64,000 bases of DNA. Source: Tindallia sp. Lineage in GTDB: Bacteria; Bacillota; Clostridia; Peptostreptococcales; Tindalliaceae. The DNA lies in contig SLLE01000038.1 of assembly GCA_007134225.1 (NCBI GenBank), positions 2,785 through 66,784 on the forward strand, in the 5' to 3' direction. The stretch's first letter is position 1; every line of letters begins with the position of its first letter. Positions 53,604 to 64,000 of the stretch are shown piece after piece. The notes under the pieces were generated by a model. That model was not told the origin of the DNA. It worked only from the letters and a program-made list of their open reading frames with translations, and ran no database searches. Both the position numbers and the translations under genes were made by a program.

Positions 53604-55235
53604 TTGAAAACGCAGACAATGGATGGCAAACTCTATAAAAATATGATGATAGCAGCCAGGCAGGTACTGTTGGATCAGCAGGAACTGATCAATGAACTGA
53701 ATGTTTTTCCAGTCCCTGATGGTGATACCGGTACCAATATGTCTTTAACTTTGGAATCCGCATTAAAAGAAATGCAAAAAGAAGAAAGTGAAGATCTTTT
53801 TGAGTTGGCAGATGCTGTGGCCAACGGTTCTTTGATGGGAGCTCGGGGTAACTCCGGTGTTATTCTGTCTCAACTTTTCCGAGGATTTGCCAAGGGCCTC
53901 AGGAATAAAAAGCTGGTGACCGCAAGAGAAATAGCTTTGGCCATGAAAAGTGCATCGGATACGGCCTATAAGGCAGTTATGAAACCAACTGAAGGAACCA
54001 TACTAACCGTTGCCCGGGAAAGTGCGGATGCTGCTTTGCTGCTGGCGGAAACTGAACAGGACATTGGTCAGTTTCTGAAATGTGTGATCCGGAAAGCCAA
54101 CGAATCTCTGGAAAGAACACCGGAACTGCTAAAGGTCCTTAAAGATGCCGGGGTGGTGGATTCCGGCGGTAAAGGCTTGGTAGCCATTATGGAAGGAGCC
54201 TTGCAGGGCCTCACAGGTGAAGTTTTTGAAGCGAAAACAGACGAAGTACCCCTTCGGACCGGTCACGAAGGACATGAACATTATAAAGATATTGACCCTG
54301 AGAATCTGGAGTTTGGTTATTGTACTGAATTTATTATTCACGCAGAAAATGTTAATCCAGAATCTTTTCGGGAAACAATCAGTTCAAAGGGAGATTCCTT
54401 GCTGGTGGTAGGAAACGAGCAGGTAGTAAAAGTACATATCCATACCAATCATCCCGGAAAAGTGATGGAAGAAGCCATGAAACTGGGCAGTCTGAGTGAT
54501 ATTAAAATTGACAATATGCGGCGTCAACACCGGCATCAGGTTTTTGAAAACATGCCAAAAGAAGAGCAGAAACCTCCAAAACCCTATGGTATGATCACCG
54601 TAGCCATGGGAGATGGTCTCTCGCGAATTATGAAAGATTTTAACGTGGACGTCATCATAGAGGGTGGTCAGACCATGAATCCCAGCACAGAAGATTTTCT
54701 GAAGGCCATCGAAAAAATAAATGCAGAGCATGTCCTGATTATGCCAAACAACAGCAATATCATCATGGCGGCGAACCAGGCCAGGGACATTACTGATAAA
54801 AAGGTGACCGTTATTCCGACAAAGACCATCCCTCAGGGAATTGCTGCAATTCTGGCTTTTAATCCGGAGGAAGATGCGGAAGAGAATGCAAAGGCCATGA
54901 CAAAAGTCATCAAAGAAGTGAAAACCGGCCAAGTGACCTACGCGGTTCGGGATACCAGCTTTAAAGAGATCACCATTATAAAGGATGAACTGATAGGCCT
55001 CAGCAATCAAGAAATTCGTTCTGCCGGAAAGGACCTTCAGAAGGTGGCTTCCGAACTGATCGAACAGATGGTATCAGAAGAGGACGAACTCCTGACCATT
55101 TATTACGGAGAAGATGTGGAGCCGGAAGATGCGAAAAAACTCCAGAAATTATTAGAGACTGCCTACCCGGATCTGGAAGTGGAATTGTACGAAGGTGGCC
55201 AGCCGCTATACTATTATATATTCTCACTGGAATAA
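53604..55235 (+). CDS. yloV: DAK2 domain fusion protein YloV
   Basis: TTG start after AGGAGG. DAK2 motif FPVPDGDTGTNM and a C-terminal DegV-like domain. 543 aa. Confidence 0.9.
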   Translation: MKTQTMDGKLYKNMMIAARQVLLDQQELINELNVFPVPDGDTGTNMSLTLESALKEMQKEESEDLFELADAVANGSLMGARGNSGVILSQLFRGFAKGLRNKKLVTAREIALAMKSASDTAYKAVMKPTEGTILTVARESADAALLLAETEQDIGQFLKCVIRKANESLERTPELLKVLKDAGVVDSGGKGLVAIMEGALQGLTGEVFEAKTDEVPLRTGHEGHEHYKDIDPENLEFGYCTEFIIHAENVNPESFRETISSKGDSLLVVGNEQVVKVHIHTNHPGKVMEEAMKLGSLSDIKIDNMRRQHRHQVFENMPKEEQKPPKPYGMITVAMGDGLSRIMKDFNVDVIIEGGQTMNPSTEDFLKAIEKINAEHVLIMPNNSNIIMAANQARDITDKKVTVIPTKTIPQGIAAILAFNPEEDAEENAKAMTKVIKEVKTGQVTYAVRDTSFKEITIIKDELIGLSNQEIRSAGKDLQKVASELIEQMVSEEDELLTIYYGEDVEPEDAKKLQKLLETAYPDLEVELYEGGQPLYYYIFSLE

Positions 55236-55247
55236 AGGAGCCGATTC

Positions 55248-55805
55248 ATGCGCGTCATAGCAGGGAATGCCAAGGGGCACCCATTAAGAGCCCCCAAAGG
55301 GGAAACAGTCCGACCAACGACGGATCGGGTGAAAGAAGGGATTTTCAGCAGCATTCAACAAAGGATTCCTTCCAGCATTGTGGTGGACCTATTTGCCGGT
55401 TCCGGAAGTCTGGGTATTGAATGTTTGTCTCGGGGAGCATCACATTCGTATTTTGTAGAATGGTTCGCAGATCATGTGCGATGCATTCAGGAAAATCTTC
55501 ATAAAACAAAGCTGACAGAAAATGCCACTATTTTTCAAAAAGAAGTGACCGAAGGTATTCGATGGATTTATCAGCAAGGAATTAAGGCAGATCTGGTTTT
55601 TATGGACCCTCCCTACCAAAAACAATTGACTGAATCTACGATAGAATTGTTGTCCCAATATGATATAATGAGAAAAAATGGTATCATAGTAGCAGAACAT
55701 GGAAAGTCAGAGATTTTGCCTGAAAAAGCAGGTATATTCCTTCGCTTTAAACAAAAAAAGTATGGCGATATTATGATCTCCTACTACAGGAAGGAAGAAA
55801 TGTAA
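55248..55805 (+). CDS. rsmD: 16S rRNA (guanine966-N2)-methyltransferase
   Basis: MRVIAGNAKG, SAM site DLFAGSGSLGIE, catalytic DPPY. Confidence 0.9.
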   Translation: MRVIAGNAKGHPLRAPKGETVRPTTDRVKEGIFSSIQQRIPSSIVVDLFAGSGSLGIECLSRGASHSYFVEWFADHVRCIQENLHKTKLTENATIFQKEVTEGIRWIYQQGIKADLVFMDPPYQKQLTESTIELLSQYDIMRKNGIIVAEHGKSEILPEKAGIFLRFKQKKYGDIMISYYRKEEM

Positions 55806-56288
55806 ATGATAACTGCAATCTATCCGGGCAGTTTTGATCCCATTACCAACGGGCATCTGGACATTATTCAGCGTGCCGCCACCATTTATGATCGTTTGGT
55901 TGTAACAGTAATGTCCAACAGTTCCAAAAAGCCCATATTTTCACTTCAGAAGCGGGTGGAGTTCATTGAAAAGGTGACCGGAGACATACCGAATGTTACG
56001 GTGGAGTCTTATTCCGGCCTCTTGGTGGATTTTGCACGACAAAAGCAGGCAAAGGTAATTATTAAAGGTCTTCGGGCTGTTTCGGATTTTGAGTATGAGT
56101 TTCAGATGGCACTCATGAACCGAAAACTGAACAATGAAATAGAAACCATGTTTTTAATGACGCAGAGCCAGTATTCTTACTTAAGTTCCAGCGTGGTAAA
56201 AGAAGTGGCCAAACTTGGTGGCTGTATCAAAGAATTGGTGCCGGAGTCCATTGAAGCGGAAGTTATTCAGCATTGTAACCAAAAATGA
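55806..56288 (+). CDS. coaD: Phosphopantetheine adenylyltransferase
   Basis: [16 protein letters not shown] (HxGH-type motif), 160 aa. Confidence 0.95.
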   Translation: MITAIYPGSFDPITNGHLDIIQRAATIYDRLVVTVMSNSSKKPIFSLQKRVEFIEKVTGDIPNVTVESYSGLLVDFARQKQAKVIIKGLRAVSDFEYEFQMALMNRKLNNEIETMFLMTQSQYSYLSSSVVKEVAKLGGCIKELVPESIEAEVIQHCNQK

Positions 56289-56304
56289 TATTCAGGGAGG
56301 GATT

Positions 56305-56763
56305 GTGTTGGATGTATTGCAACTGCTTGAAGAATTAGAAGATATTGTTGAAAGTGGATCAACCATCCCTTTTGCCAACCGTGTTATGGTTGATAAAGGA
56401 GAACTGCTTGAAATAATCAAAGAAGTGCGGATTCATTTGCCGGATGAAATGAAACAGGCGCAATGGATCAAGGAAGAACGGCAGCGTATTTTGCAGGAAG
56501 CCCAGATGGAAGGAGAACAAACCATTGAAGAAGCCCGTAAACATGCGGAAACCCTTGTGGAAGAGGATGAAATTGTTCGGTTGGCCAAAATGAGAGCTGA
56601 AGAAATTATCCAGCAGGCTCAGCAAGCTTCTGGGGATATGAAGCAAAGTGCCAGGGAGTACACGGATGAGTTGCTGCAGGATGCAGAAGAAACAGCCCGT
56701 GAAATGCTTGAAATCATTACAGAAAACCGAAAAGAATTAAAGCAGATGAATTCAAATTCATAA
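56305..56763 (+). CDS. Glu/Gln-rich coiled-coil protein (hypothetical; ATP-synthase-b/V-ATPase-H-like low complexity)
   Basis: GTG/TTG start 3-6 nt after GGGAGGG. About 150 aa dominated by heptad-like E/Q/A/R repeats. No catalytic motif recognised. Confidence 0.6.
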   Translation: MLDVLQLLEELEDIVESGSTIPFANRVMVDKGELLEIIKEVRIHLPDEMKQAQWIKEERQRILQEAQMEGEQTIEEARKHAETLVEEDEIVRLAKMRAEEIIQQAQQASGDMKQSAREYTDELLQDAEETAREMLEIITENRKELKQMNSNS

Positions 56764-56783
56764 TAAAAAAAGGAATTCAAGGA

Positions 56784-58016
56784 TCAAGGCAGGTATGTGG
56801 GACTTTTCAAATAGTCAGACCTGCCTTTTGTTGCTTTTGAAGAACCGGTTGCCAGTTCATGGAGATCTGTCCCACGAAAATCCAGTTCCAATTGATCGGA
56901 TGCACGCTGTGTAGCCGGTTGATAATGAGCTGTTTTGGTTATGATTGGAACGCTGGATTCCTTTTTGCAAAGGTTTATTAGTTCCCTCCCAAGTTGATTA
57001 AAGGCAAGAATACGAAGGTACTCCGGATGTCCCTGCTGGTACCAGAAGGTGGTATCCGGTTTTTTTATATTAAGAAGGATGTGCATCAGCATCCGTTGGA
57101 CGCGGGTATATGGATATCTTTTGGACTTAACGCAATGGCTAAAATCCTTCCAGTGATGCACTTGATGAGCACATTCCCATAATCGGTTTTCCAATCCTTC
57201 CGTCACATCCGTCACTTGCTTAAACTCGTCCACGGTCATGCGTTTTAAGAGCATCATCAGTCCCTGAGCAAAATCATCTGTCATAACGAATTTTTTATTT
57301 TCATTCCGATAGTTCTCCAGAACACGAAAACTTGATTCCGGCATGGTTTCTTTCAACGCCTGCAAAGAACCTCCCGATTCAATATGCTGACGGATACCGG
57401 TGGCAGAGCTGATTTGCTGCAGTTCCACAGAGTGATAACCGGCACCAATGCGTTGAATGGTATGGGGTTGAATGGAAGAACCGCAAAGAAAAAGGTGTTT
57501 TACGTACAGCATGCCCAGTATGTTATTAGGTTGTTGAAAGAACAGCCTCATTTCAGAAGAATCACAACATTCCTGCAGCGCTAATTGCTGTGATCGGGCA
57601 AAAGAAAAGCCTTTATTAAGGTGTTCACGAAGTTTTAACTCCATTTCTTTTGGTGGATTTGCGAGTAAATACCCAATTTCCCGGAACAATTCAACTTCAC
57701 CTGATTCACTGCCGAAACTGAGGGCATTCACGATCCCCATTCGATCAAGTAAAGACACGCTTCCTCTGGCAAACTGGTCTGCCGTGGCACAGGAATAGAC
57801 CACCGGCAGTTCCACCACAAGGTCAACGCCGCATGATACAGCCATTTCTGCACGAGACCATTTGTCCAATAGGGCCGGTTCACCGCGCTGCAAAAAGTGA
57901 CCGCTCATGACAGCGACACTGTGAGTGGCCCCTGTCAATTCCTTTGACTTGTTCAGGTGATATAAATGGCCGTTGTGAAACGGATTGTATTCAGTAACTA
58001 AACCAACAACACGCAT
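56784..58016 (-). CDS. tmcAL: Nucleotidyltransferase of the YlbM/TmcAL family (tRNA-Met cytidine acetate ligase)
   Basis: MRVVGLVTEYNPFHNGHLYHL (HxGH nucleotidyltransferase motif), ~410 aa. The upstream 19 codons of the track ORF are rejected. Confidence 0.8.
   Translation of the reverse strand: MRVVGLVTEYNPFHNGHLYHLNKSKELTGATHSVAVMSGHFLQRGEPALLDKWSRAEMAVSCGVDLVVELPVVYSCATADQFARGSVSLLDRMGIVNALSFGSESGEVELFREIGYLLANPPKEMELKLREHLNKGFSFARSQQLALQECCDSSEMRLFFQQPNNILGMLYVKHLFLCGSSIQPHTIQRIGAGYHSVELQQISSATGIRQHIESGGSLQALKETMPESSFRVLENYRNENKKFVMTDDFAQGLMMLLKRMTVDEFKQVTDVTEGLENRLWECAHQVHHWKDFSHCVKSKRYPYTRVQRMLMHILLNIKKPDTTFWYQQGHPEYLRILAFNQLGRELINLCKKESSVPIITKTAHYQPATQRASDQLELDFRGTDLHELATGSSKATKGRSDYLKSPTYLP
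56786..56830 (+). terminator. Putative terminator of the coaD operon, embedded in the 3' coding end of the convergent tmcAL
   Basis: AAGGCAGGT 56786-56794 / ACCTGCCTT 56819-56827 with a 24-nt loop, then TTGTTGCTTTT. Confidence 0.4.
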
Positions 58017-58189
58017 TTTTTTCAATCCTTTAAATTTTGTGGAATGAGTAAAACTATGTTCATATTTTATCATAATTTCATAATTTACCCTGCAAAAACT
58101 TGAAATTATTTCTTTTTTTTATTATGATTGAAACGTTAGCATTTACGATTGTTTAATTCAATATAAAAAAATTGTGGGAGGTTTTATTG

Positions 58190-59383
58190 ATGAAAGTACT
58201 CGTTTTAAACTGTGGCAGTTCGTCATTGAAGTATCAAATCATCAACATGGAAACGGAAGAACTACTGGCAAAAGGAATTGCAGAAAGAATTGGTCTGGAA
58301 GGTTCCTTTGTAAAACATGAAACAGCCAATGGAGAAAAAGAGGTAATTGAAACAGAGCTGAAAGACCATAAGGATGCTATCAAAGTATTAGTTGATGCCT
58401 TACTGGACAGCAATCATGGTGTTTTAAACTCGATGGACGAAATTAAAGCAGTTGGACACCGGGTGGTTCACGGAGGCGAAAAGTTTTCCGGTTCTGTTAT
58501 GATTACCAAGGAAGTCATCGATGCATTGGAAGAATGCTCGGAACTGGCACCTTTGCATAACCCGCCGAATTTGATGGGTATTTATGCCTGCCAGGAAATT
58601 ATGCCCAAGACTCCAATGGTTGGCGTTTTTGATACTGCTTTTCATCAATCCATGCCACCATCTTCCTATTTGTATGCACTACCATATGAATACTATGAAA
58701 AATACAAAATCAGACGATACGGTTTTCATGGAACTTCTCACAAATATGTTGCCCTTAAAGCAGCAGAATTACTTGGAAAGCCACTTGAAGAGCTTAATGT
58801 CGTCACATGCCACCTGGGCAACGGTGCCAGCATGACTGCAGTACAAAACGGAAAATCCCTGGATACCACCATGGGCTTTACGCCGCTGGAAGGTTTGGTC
58901 ATGGGAACCCGTTGTGGTGACATTGATCCTGCCATCATTTCCTATATAATGGATAAAGAAAGCATGTCCATTGATGATGTGAATAATGTCATGAATAAAA
59001 AATCCGGCGTTCTTGGAATCTCCGGTATCAGCAGTGACTTCCGTGATTTGGAAGAAGCCTCCGATCAGGGTAATGAAAGAGCTAGAATAGCATTGGAAAT
59101 CTTCTACAAGAAAGTAACAAAATATATCGGTGCCTTTGCAGCTGAAATGGGCGGTCTGGATGCCATTGTCTTCACAGCCGGTTTGGGTGAAAATTCGGAT
59201 GTAGCCAGAAGAAAAATTTGTGAAACGCTTGGTTTCATGGGTGCCACTATTGATGACAGCAAAAACGATGGCACAAGAGGCATTGAAGCCATTATAAGTA
59301 CAGATGATTCGAAGGTGAAAATTGTGCTGATGCCCACTAATGAAGAATTAATGATTGCGCGGGAGACAAAATCACTGGTATAA
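58190..59383 (+). CDS. ackA: Acetate kinase
   Basis: [35 protein letters not shown] 58190 follows GGGAGG. Confidence 0.95.
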   Translation: MKVLVLNCGSSSLKYQIINMETEELLAKGIAERIGLEGSFVKHETANGEKEVIETELKDHKDAIKVLVDALLDSNHGVLNSMDEIKAVGHRVVHGGEKFSGSVMITKEVIDALEECSELAPLHNPPNLMGIYACQEIMPKTPMVGVFDTAFHQSMPPSSYLYALPYEYYEKYKIRRYGFHGTSHKYVALKAAELLGKPLEELNVVTCHLGNGASMTAVQNGKSLDTTMGFTPLEGLVMGTRCGDIDPAIISYIMDKESMSIDDVNNVMNKKSGVLGISGISSDFRDLEEASDQGNERARIALEIFYKKVTKYIGAFAAEMGGLDAIVFTAGLGENSDVARRKICETLGFMGATIDDSKNDGTRGIEAIISTDDSKVKIVLMPTNEELMIARETKSLV

Positions 59384-59402
59384 TGAATTCTAGTAATAAT
59401 GC

Positions 59403-59431
59403 TTGACAAAATCATGTCTTCGCCATATAAT
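59403..59431 (+). promoter_or_regulatory. Consensus sigma-A promoter of yceD-rpmF
   Basis: TTGACA 59403-59408, 17-nt spacer, TATAAT 59426-59431. Confidence 0.7.
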
Positions 59432-59461
59432 TCTTCTGTTGATAAAGAAGGCGGTTGTTGT

Positions 59462-59992
59462 ATGTTTCAATTATCATTTGTTTTCAAAAGTGATCAGCGT
59501 TCCTACGAGCATCAATTCTCCTATGAAATGCCGGATCAGAATTACTATGGTGATCCTGTCGTCTTTGACGAACCGGCAGAGGTAAAAACCCGATTTTATA
59601 AAGTACAGGATACTCTTTTCCTGGATCTGCAAATCGCGTTTTCCGTGGAAATGAAATGTGCCAGATGCCTGGAACCAATCCGTCAGGAAAAAACGATTAG
59701 CAAAAGCTTTCAGTTGATTTCTCAAAAACTGCGGGAAGAACCATCAGAGGACGACCTGGAAGAAGATGTGCTCTATTATGAAAAGGAGCAGCTGGATCTG
59801 GATAACATTGTCTATGAACAGATTCTTTTGGAAATTCCTATTAAAATGGTTTGCGATGAAAAATGCCGTGGAATCTGCAGTCAATGCGGTAAGCCATTAA
59901 ACGGTGAAAGCTGCCTATGTGAGGAAGCGACTGCAGAACCGGAAACGGACCCAAGGCTTGCCAAACTGAAAGACTGGTATCAGGAAGAGTAA
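59462..59992 (+). CDS. yceD: DUF177 (YceD) family large-subunit rRNA accumulation protein
   Basis: Cys motifs CARCLEP and CDEKCRGICSQCG. Conserved position directly upstream of rpmF. Confidence 0.85.
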   Translation: MFQLSFVFKSDQRSYEHQFSYEMPDQNYYGDPVVFDEPAEVKTRFYKVQDTLFLDLQIAFSVEMKCARCLEPIRQEKTISKSFQLISQKLREEPSEDDLEEDVLYYEKEQLDLDNIVYEQILLEIPIKMVCDEKCRGICSQCGKPLNGESCLCEEATAEPETDPRLAKLKDWYQEE

Positions 59993-60004
59993 GGAGGTGT
60001 CACC

Positions 60005-60184
60005 ATGCCAGTACCAAAGCGAAAAACATCAAAATCCGATCGTGATTCCAGAAGAGCATCAAACTCAAAATACACGGCTCCTTCCGTTCAGGAATGTCCG
60101 CAATGTCATGAGCCAAAGCTCCCACATCACGTTTGTTCAGAGTGCGGATACTACAAAGGCAAAGAAGTAATCGAAACAAAGTAA
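60005..60184 (+). CDS. rpmF: 50S ribosomal protein L32
   Basis: 59-aa ORF absent from the track (under 60 aa): [67 protein letters not shown]. Confidence 0.95.
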   Translation: MPVPKRKTSKSDRDSRRASNSKYTAPSVQECPQCHEPKLPHHVCSECGYYKGKEVIETK

Positions 60185-60193
60185 TGAAACTGA

Positions 60194-60224
60194 CGGCAAT
60201 GCACTTAGGCATTGCCGCTTTTTT
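60194..60224 (+). terminator. Intrinsic terminator after rpmF
   Basis: CGGCAATGC 60194-60202 / GCATTGCCG 60209-60217, then CTTTTTT. Confidence 0.85.
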
Positions 60225-60241
60225 ATTTGCTGCGTTCATCC

Positions 60242-60270
60242 TTGCCTGTGGAAGATTTCTCAGGTATACT
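60242..60270 (+). promoter_or_regulatory. Sigma-A promoter of fapR-plsX
   Basis: TTGCCT 60242-60247, 17-nt spacer, TATACT 60265-60270. Confidence 0.6.
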
Positions 60271-60274
60271 GATG

Positions 60275-60291
60275 CTAGTATCTGGTGCTAA
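60275..60291. promoter_or_regulatory. FapR operator
   Basis: CTAGTATCTGGTGCTAA (reverse complement TTAGCACCAGATACTAG) is a 17-bp imperfect inverted repeat. It closely resembles the TTAGTACC-N-GGTACTAA type FapR box as I recall it from Bacillus. It lies just downstream of the -10 box. Confidence 0.7.
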
Positions 60292-60310
60292 TAGACAATG
60301 AGGTGAAACC

Positions 60311-60895
60311 ATGACGGAAATAAAAAAGCGGACGAAAAAGGAACGACAGCTGCTATTAGATCGGTTGATTACGGAAGACCCGTTTTTAACGGATGAGGAT
60401 TTGTCGGAGCGTTTCAATGTCAGCATTCAGACCATTCGGCTGGATCGGCTTGAAATGGGGATTCCCGAGCTGAGAGAAAGACTTAAATCCGTGGCGGCAA
60501 ATAATTATGAAAAGGTAAAAAGCATGGTCGGGGCTGAGATAGTGGGCGAACTGATAGACCTGACCCTTGGAAAAGGCGGTATTTCTATTCTGGAAACTAA
60601 TCGGGACATGGCCTTTAAAAAAACCAGGCTGGTGCGCGGCCATCATATTTTTTCCCAGGCAGAATCCCTGGCTATGGCTGTGATCGACGCCAATAAAGCC
60701 CTGACAGGAGTTTCGAATATAAAATACATCCAGCCGGTGAATGCCGGAACAAAACTGGTTGCCAAGGCGGAAGTGGTACGTGTGAGAAACAACAAACATT
60801 TTGTTCACGTCATGACCTATGCTAATCAGGAACAGGTTTTCAGAGGCAAGTTCATCCTGGTGACACTGGACGAGCAGGAGGAGGAGACAAGATGA
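60311..60895 (+). CDS. fapR: Fatty acid and phospholipid biosynthesis regulator FapR
   Basis: N-terminal DeoR-like HTH ([21 protein letters not shown]) and a C-terminal hot-dog thioesterase-like fold. Confidence 0.9.
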   Translation: MTEIKKRTKKERQLLLDRLITEDPFLTDEDLSERFNVSIQTIRLDRLEMGIPELRERLKSVAANNYEKVKSMVGAEIVGELIDLTLGKGGISILETNRDMAFKKTRLVRGHHIFSQAESLAMAVIDANKALTGVSNIKYIQPVNAGTKLVAKAEVVRVRNNKHFVHVMTYANQEQVFRGKFILVTLDEQEEETR

Positions 60896-61944
60896 AAATA
60901 GCATTAGACGCCATGGGCGGCGATTTCGGTCCGTCCGTTACGGTTGCCGGTGCCGTGGAAGCGGTTCATGCGTTTCATTTAGACGTCATTCTGACTGGTG
61001 ATGAAAAACAGATCCGTCAGGAAATGGAAAACCTGCACTATAAAGGTGATCGTATTACCGTTGTCCATTGTCCAGAAATCATTGAGAATAGTGACAAACC
61101 ATCAACGGCTTTGCGGAAAAAGAAAAATTCGTCACTGGTGGTTGCCATGCAAATGGTGAAAGATGGAAAAGCAGATGCCATCATCTCCGCCGGAAACACC
61201 GGAGCATTGTTGGCAGGAGGTCTTTTTATCATCGGCCGGATCAAAGGGATTGCACGCCCTGCATTGGCGGTACCATTCCCAACTCCAAAGGGTATTTCGC
61301 TATTGATTGATGCCGGTGCCAATGCGGATTGTAAACCGCAGCATTTATATGAATTTGCCCTGATGGGAAGCCTCTACATGGAAGCCATTGCCGGCAAGGA
61401 AGTGCCAAAGGTATGCCTGGCCAATGTGGGCATAGAAGAAGGTAAAGGCAATGAGCTGGTAAAGGAAAGCTACACTCTGCTTAAAAACTCTGATCTGCCA
61501 TTCCAGGGAAATGTCGAAGCCAGGGACATACCGGCAGGAACCGCCGATGTTATTGTGTGTGATGGTTTTACAGGCAATATCATCTTAAAACTTTTTGAAG
61601 GCGTGGCACATACCTTTTCTGACAGTCTAAAAGCGGCCATTCTATCAGACTGGAAAAGTAAACTGGGTGGTTTAATGATAAAACCGGCTTTAAAGTCTTT
61701 TAAAAAGCAGTTTGATTACACCGAGCATGGCGGCGTTCCCTTTCTTGGTGTTAATGGATTGTTAATCAAGGCTCACGGCAGTTCCAATGCCAAAGCCATT
61801 AAAAACGCCATGAAGCAGGCTAAAATATCATATGAAGCCGATCTCACTAACAAGATTGTCCATCGAATCGACGAAATAAGAATAGCTGAGAAACCTAACT
61901 CAGAAGAATATTCGGATGATCATCCAGCAGGTGACGAATCATGA
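60892..61944 (+). CDS. plsX: Phosphate acyltransferase PlsX
   Basis: [14 protein letters not shown] and SAGNTGAL motifs, with ~20 extra acidic C-terminal residues. Confidence 0.95.
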   Translation: MKIALDAMGGDFGPSVTVAGAVEAVHAFHLDVILTGDEKQIRQEMENLHYKGDRITVVHCPEIIENSDKPSTALRKKKNSSLVVAMQMVKDGKADAIISAGNTGALLAGGLFIIGRIKGIARPALAVPFPTPKGISLLIDAGANADCKPQHLYEFALMGSLYMEAIAGKEVPKVCLANVGIEEGKGNELVKESYTLLKNSDLPFQGNVEARDIPAGTADVIVCDGFTGNIILKLFEGVAHTFSDSLKAAILSDWKSKLGGLMIKPALKSFKKQFDYTEHGGVPFLGVNGLLIKAHGSSNAKAIKNAMKQAKISYEADLTNKIVHRIDEIRIAEKPNSEEYSDDHPAGDES

Positions 61945-62648
61945 AGACACTAGTGCACTGGAAAAACACGATCGAAGATCTGCAAAAACGAATCAACTAT
62001 CATTTTCAGGATCAGCGTCTTCTGATGGAAGCTCTGACACACAGCTCCTTTGCTAACGAATGGAAACATAAGCGCATCGCCAATAACGAACGACTGGAAT
62101 TTCTGGGTGATTCTGTTCTCAGCCTCATCATCAGTCAGTTTATATTCAAGTCCTATCAAAAGCTGCCAGAAGGGGAACTGACGAAAGTCCGAGCCAATGT
62201 GGTATGTGAAGCATCTTTAGCGCAAAAGGCACGCTCCCTGTACCTGGGTGATCATTTACTGCTGGGCAAGGGAGAGGAGTCCAGCGGTGGTCGTAGCAGG
62301 GAATCTATTTTGGCAGATGCCATGGAAGCATTAATTGCTGCTATTTATATTGACAGCAGCTACGAAGAAGCAAATAGGTTTGTATTGAACCATTTTAAAG
62401 ATATCATCGATATGGCCGCCAGAGGAAATTTGATGAAAGACTATAAAACCCAGTTGCAGGAGCTGATCCAAAGTTCAGGAAACGGCCGAATGGAATATGT
62501 CGTGGTACGTGAGGAAGGACCGGATCACAGCAAGATTTTCTTCATCGAAGTAAAAGCAGACGACCGAGCGCTTGGTCACGGTACCGGCAAAAATAAAAAA
62601 GAAGCGGAACAGAATGCGGCCAAAGCAGCCATTGAACAATTGTTCTAG
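61941..62648 (+). CDS. rnc: Ribonuclease III
   Basis: RNase III signature ERLEFLGDSVL and a C-terminal dsRBD (GPDHSKIFFIEV..GKNKKEAEQNAA). ATGA overlap with plsX. Confidence 0.95.
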   Translation: MKTLVHWKNTIEDLQKRINYHFQDQRLLMEALTHSSFANEWKHKRIANNERLEFLGDSVLSLIISQFIFKSYQKLPEGELTKVRANVVCEASLAQKARSLYLGDHLLLGKGEESSGGRSRESILADAMEALIAAIYIDSSYEEANRFVLNHFKDIIDMAARGNLMKDYKTQLQELIQSSGNGRMEYVVVREEGPDHSKIFFIEVKADDRALGHGTGKNKKEAEQNAAKAAIEQLF

Positions 62649-62663
62649 AGAGGAAGAACCCTG

Positions 62664-64000
62664 ATGCATTTAAAAAGATTGGAAATTAAAGGGTTTAAAT
62701 CATTTGCACATCGAGTGGACCTTCAATTTGAAAAAGGCGTTACCGGTGTGGTTGGTCCTAACGGGTGCGGCAAAAGCAATGTCACAGAAGCCATTCGCTG
62801 GGTTTTGGGGGAGCAAAGTGCCCGTAACCTTCGTGGACATAAAATGGAAGACATTATTTTTTCCGGAACGGATCAAAAAAAACCTCAGGGTATGGCGGAG
62901 GTTTCTATTGTTTTTGACAATGCCAGCCAACGACTACCACTGTCCTATGAAGAAGTTTGTTTGACCAGAAGGGTTTATCGTTCTGGAGAAGGCGAGTATT
63001 TAATCAATGGAAGTCCCTGCAGACGTAAAGACGTGAAGGAATTATTAATGGATACCGGAATTGGCAAGGAAGGGTATTCCATGATTAGTCAGGGGCGTAT
63101 TGATGAAATTCTGAGCCAGAAAGGTGAGGATCGGAGGCTTTTATTTGATGAAGCCGCCGGCATCGTTAAATATCGTACTCGTAAGGAAGAAGCAGAGAAA
63201 AAAATTGAAAAAACAGAGGACAACCTGCTTCGCATTAAGGATATTTTAATCGAGCTGGATCAGCATATGGGACCCTTGTCTAGACAGGCATCCAAGGCAG
63301 AAGCCTACCTGGAACTAAAAGAAAAGGTAGATTACCTGGAAATTTCCGAATTGCTGAACAGCGTTGAAAAACAAAAACAGGGAATTCAGGAAAAACAACA
63401 GAGTCTGAATGGTTTTCAGAAAGAAATGGACCAACTCAAAGAACAGGGAGAAGCGCTGCAAGATTCCTCAAAAGCTGAAGAAGCAAAGCTGGAGTCTTTA
63501 CGGGCATCTATCAACGAATCCAGAAATTTGCTGGATACAAAAAAATCAGAACTGGATGAAAATCGCCTTCAAAACCAAATACAGACACAGCAAATCCGGC
63601 ATCAGCAACAGCAAATCAAGAACCTGAAAAAAGCCATGGAAGAACAGCAGGAATCATTTCAGATGTCGAAAACGCGATTGACTGTCCTGGAAGAAAAAGT
63701 TTTATCCGCTGCCAAAGCCCAGAAGGATAAAGAAGATGAGCTTCGAAAGGGTCAGGATCTGTTAGCGAATCAAAAAAATCGGGTGGAAGAGAACAGGGAT
63801 AAGTTGGAAGAGAGCAAAACCGGAATTGTAGAGGGTTTGAATGAGTTAAACGGATACCAAAATCAGTATGAGCGCATCCATACATTGAAAGAAACTACCA
63901 ATCAGCGTTGGTCGACTCTCCAAAAAGAATTGGAGGATAAGCAGGCCTCTCTTGAAATCCAGCAACAAATACAGCTGGAAAAACAGGAGGAAAAACAAAA
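62664..64000 (+). CDS. smc: Chromosome segregation protein SMC (5' part; continues beyond the window)
   Basis: [40 protein letters not shown] (Walker A), followed by a long coiled coil. No stop codon before position 64000. Confidence 0.95.
   Translation, partial: MHLKRLEIKGFKSFAHRVDLQFEKGVTGVVGPNGCGKSNVTEAIRWVLGEQSARNLRGHKMEDIIFSGTDQKKPQGMAEVSIVFDNASQRLPLSYEEVCLTRRVYRSGEGEYLINGSPCRRKDVKELLMDTGIGKEGYSMISQGRIDEILSQKGEDRRLLFDEAAGIVKYRTRKEEAEKKIEKTEDNLLRIKDILIELDQHMGPLSRQASKAEAYLELKEKVDYLEISELLNSVEKQKQGIQEKQQSLNGFQKEMDQLKEQGEALQDSSKAEEAKLESLRASINESRNLLDTKKSELDENRLQNQIQTQQIRHQQQQIKNLKKAMEEQQESFQMSKTRLTVLEEKVLSAAKAQKDKEDELRKGQDLLANQKNRVEENRDKLEESKTGIVEGLNELNGYQNQYERIHTLKETTNQRWSTLQKELEDKQASLEIQQQIQLEKQEEKQ

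Noticed and set aside
58128-58141. cre-like sequence TTGAAACGTTAGCA upstream of ackA (CcpA site TGWAANCGNTNWCA)
   Set aside because: The central CG and the right half fit, but the left half is shifted by one nucleotide. There are about 3 mismatches, so the match is too weak to call without a genome-wide model.
1-64000. Scan for CRISPR repeats, IS/transposase, integrase, phage, toxin-antitoxin or known defence gene signatures
   Set aside because: None was recognised. All sizeable ORFs are accounted for by metabolic, regulatory or housekeeping families. The only dispersed repeat seen is the two-copy hairpin element.

Overview
This looks like a low-GC Firmicutes (Clostridia-like) chromosomal segment. 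I call about 57 protein genes, one tRNA and one riboswitch. All family names come from motif recognition by eye; no database search was possible.

Left half (1-34 kb), metabolic and accessory genes:
- S-box-controlled metY-metA.
- A minus-strand osmC-like / class V aminotransferase / serA / DUF1015 operon.
- A LacI-controlled nine-gene sugar locus: fructokinase, sucrose-phosphate-synthase-like GT4, ABC importer, GH65 phosphorylase and MsmX-type ATPase, with a convergent beta-phosphoglucomutase.
- A MATE exporter.
- A 587-nt structured non-coding region, followed by a receiver-PP2C phosphatase.
- A PspC pair.
- An FMN-binding lipoprotein next to a NarL-type two-component system.
- gltB-glnA-ANTAR regulator, tRNA-Thr, a Cof-type HAD and glsA.

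Right half (34-64 kb), a conserved housekeeping block: rqcH, dapF, yicC, remA, gmk, coaBC, priA, def, fmt, DUF116, a Zn-peptidase, rsmB, rlmN, stp, prkC, rsgA, rpe, thiN, rpmB, asp23, yloV, rsmD, coaD, tmcAL, ackA, yceD, rpmF, fapR, plsX, rnc and smc (3' partial).

I saw no CRISPR array, IS element, integrase, phage genes or recognisable defence genes.

Most noteworthy observations:
1. The sugar locus combines a synthetic GT4/fructokinase arm with a GH65/beta-PGM phosphorolytic arm and has no sucrose-phosphate phosphatase.
2. A conserved hairpin element occurs in two copies with compensatory base changes. Each copy ends in GUUAUC-N-AUG.
3. A long terminator lies between gltB and glnA. Its 5' strand can instead form an ANTAR-type hexaloop hairpin. 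An ANTAR protein with a degenerate receiver is encoded just downstream.
4. A lipoprotein carries two tandem flavinylation motifs and sits beside a 7-TM histidine kinase.
5. A decayed receiver-domain relic lies directly upstream of the receiver-PP2C gene.
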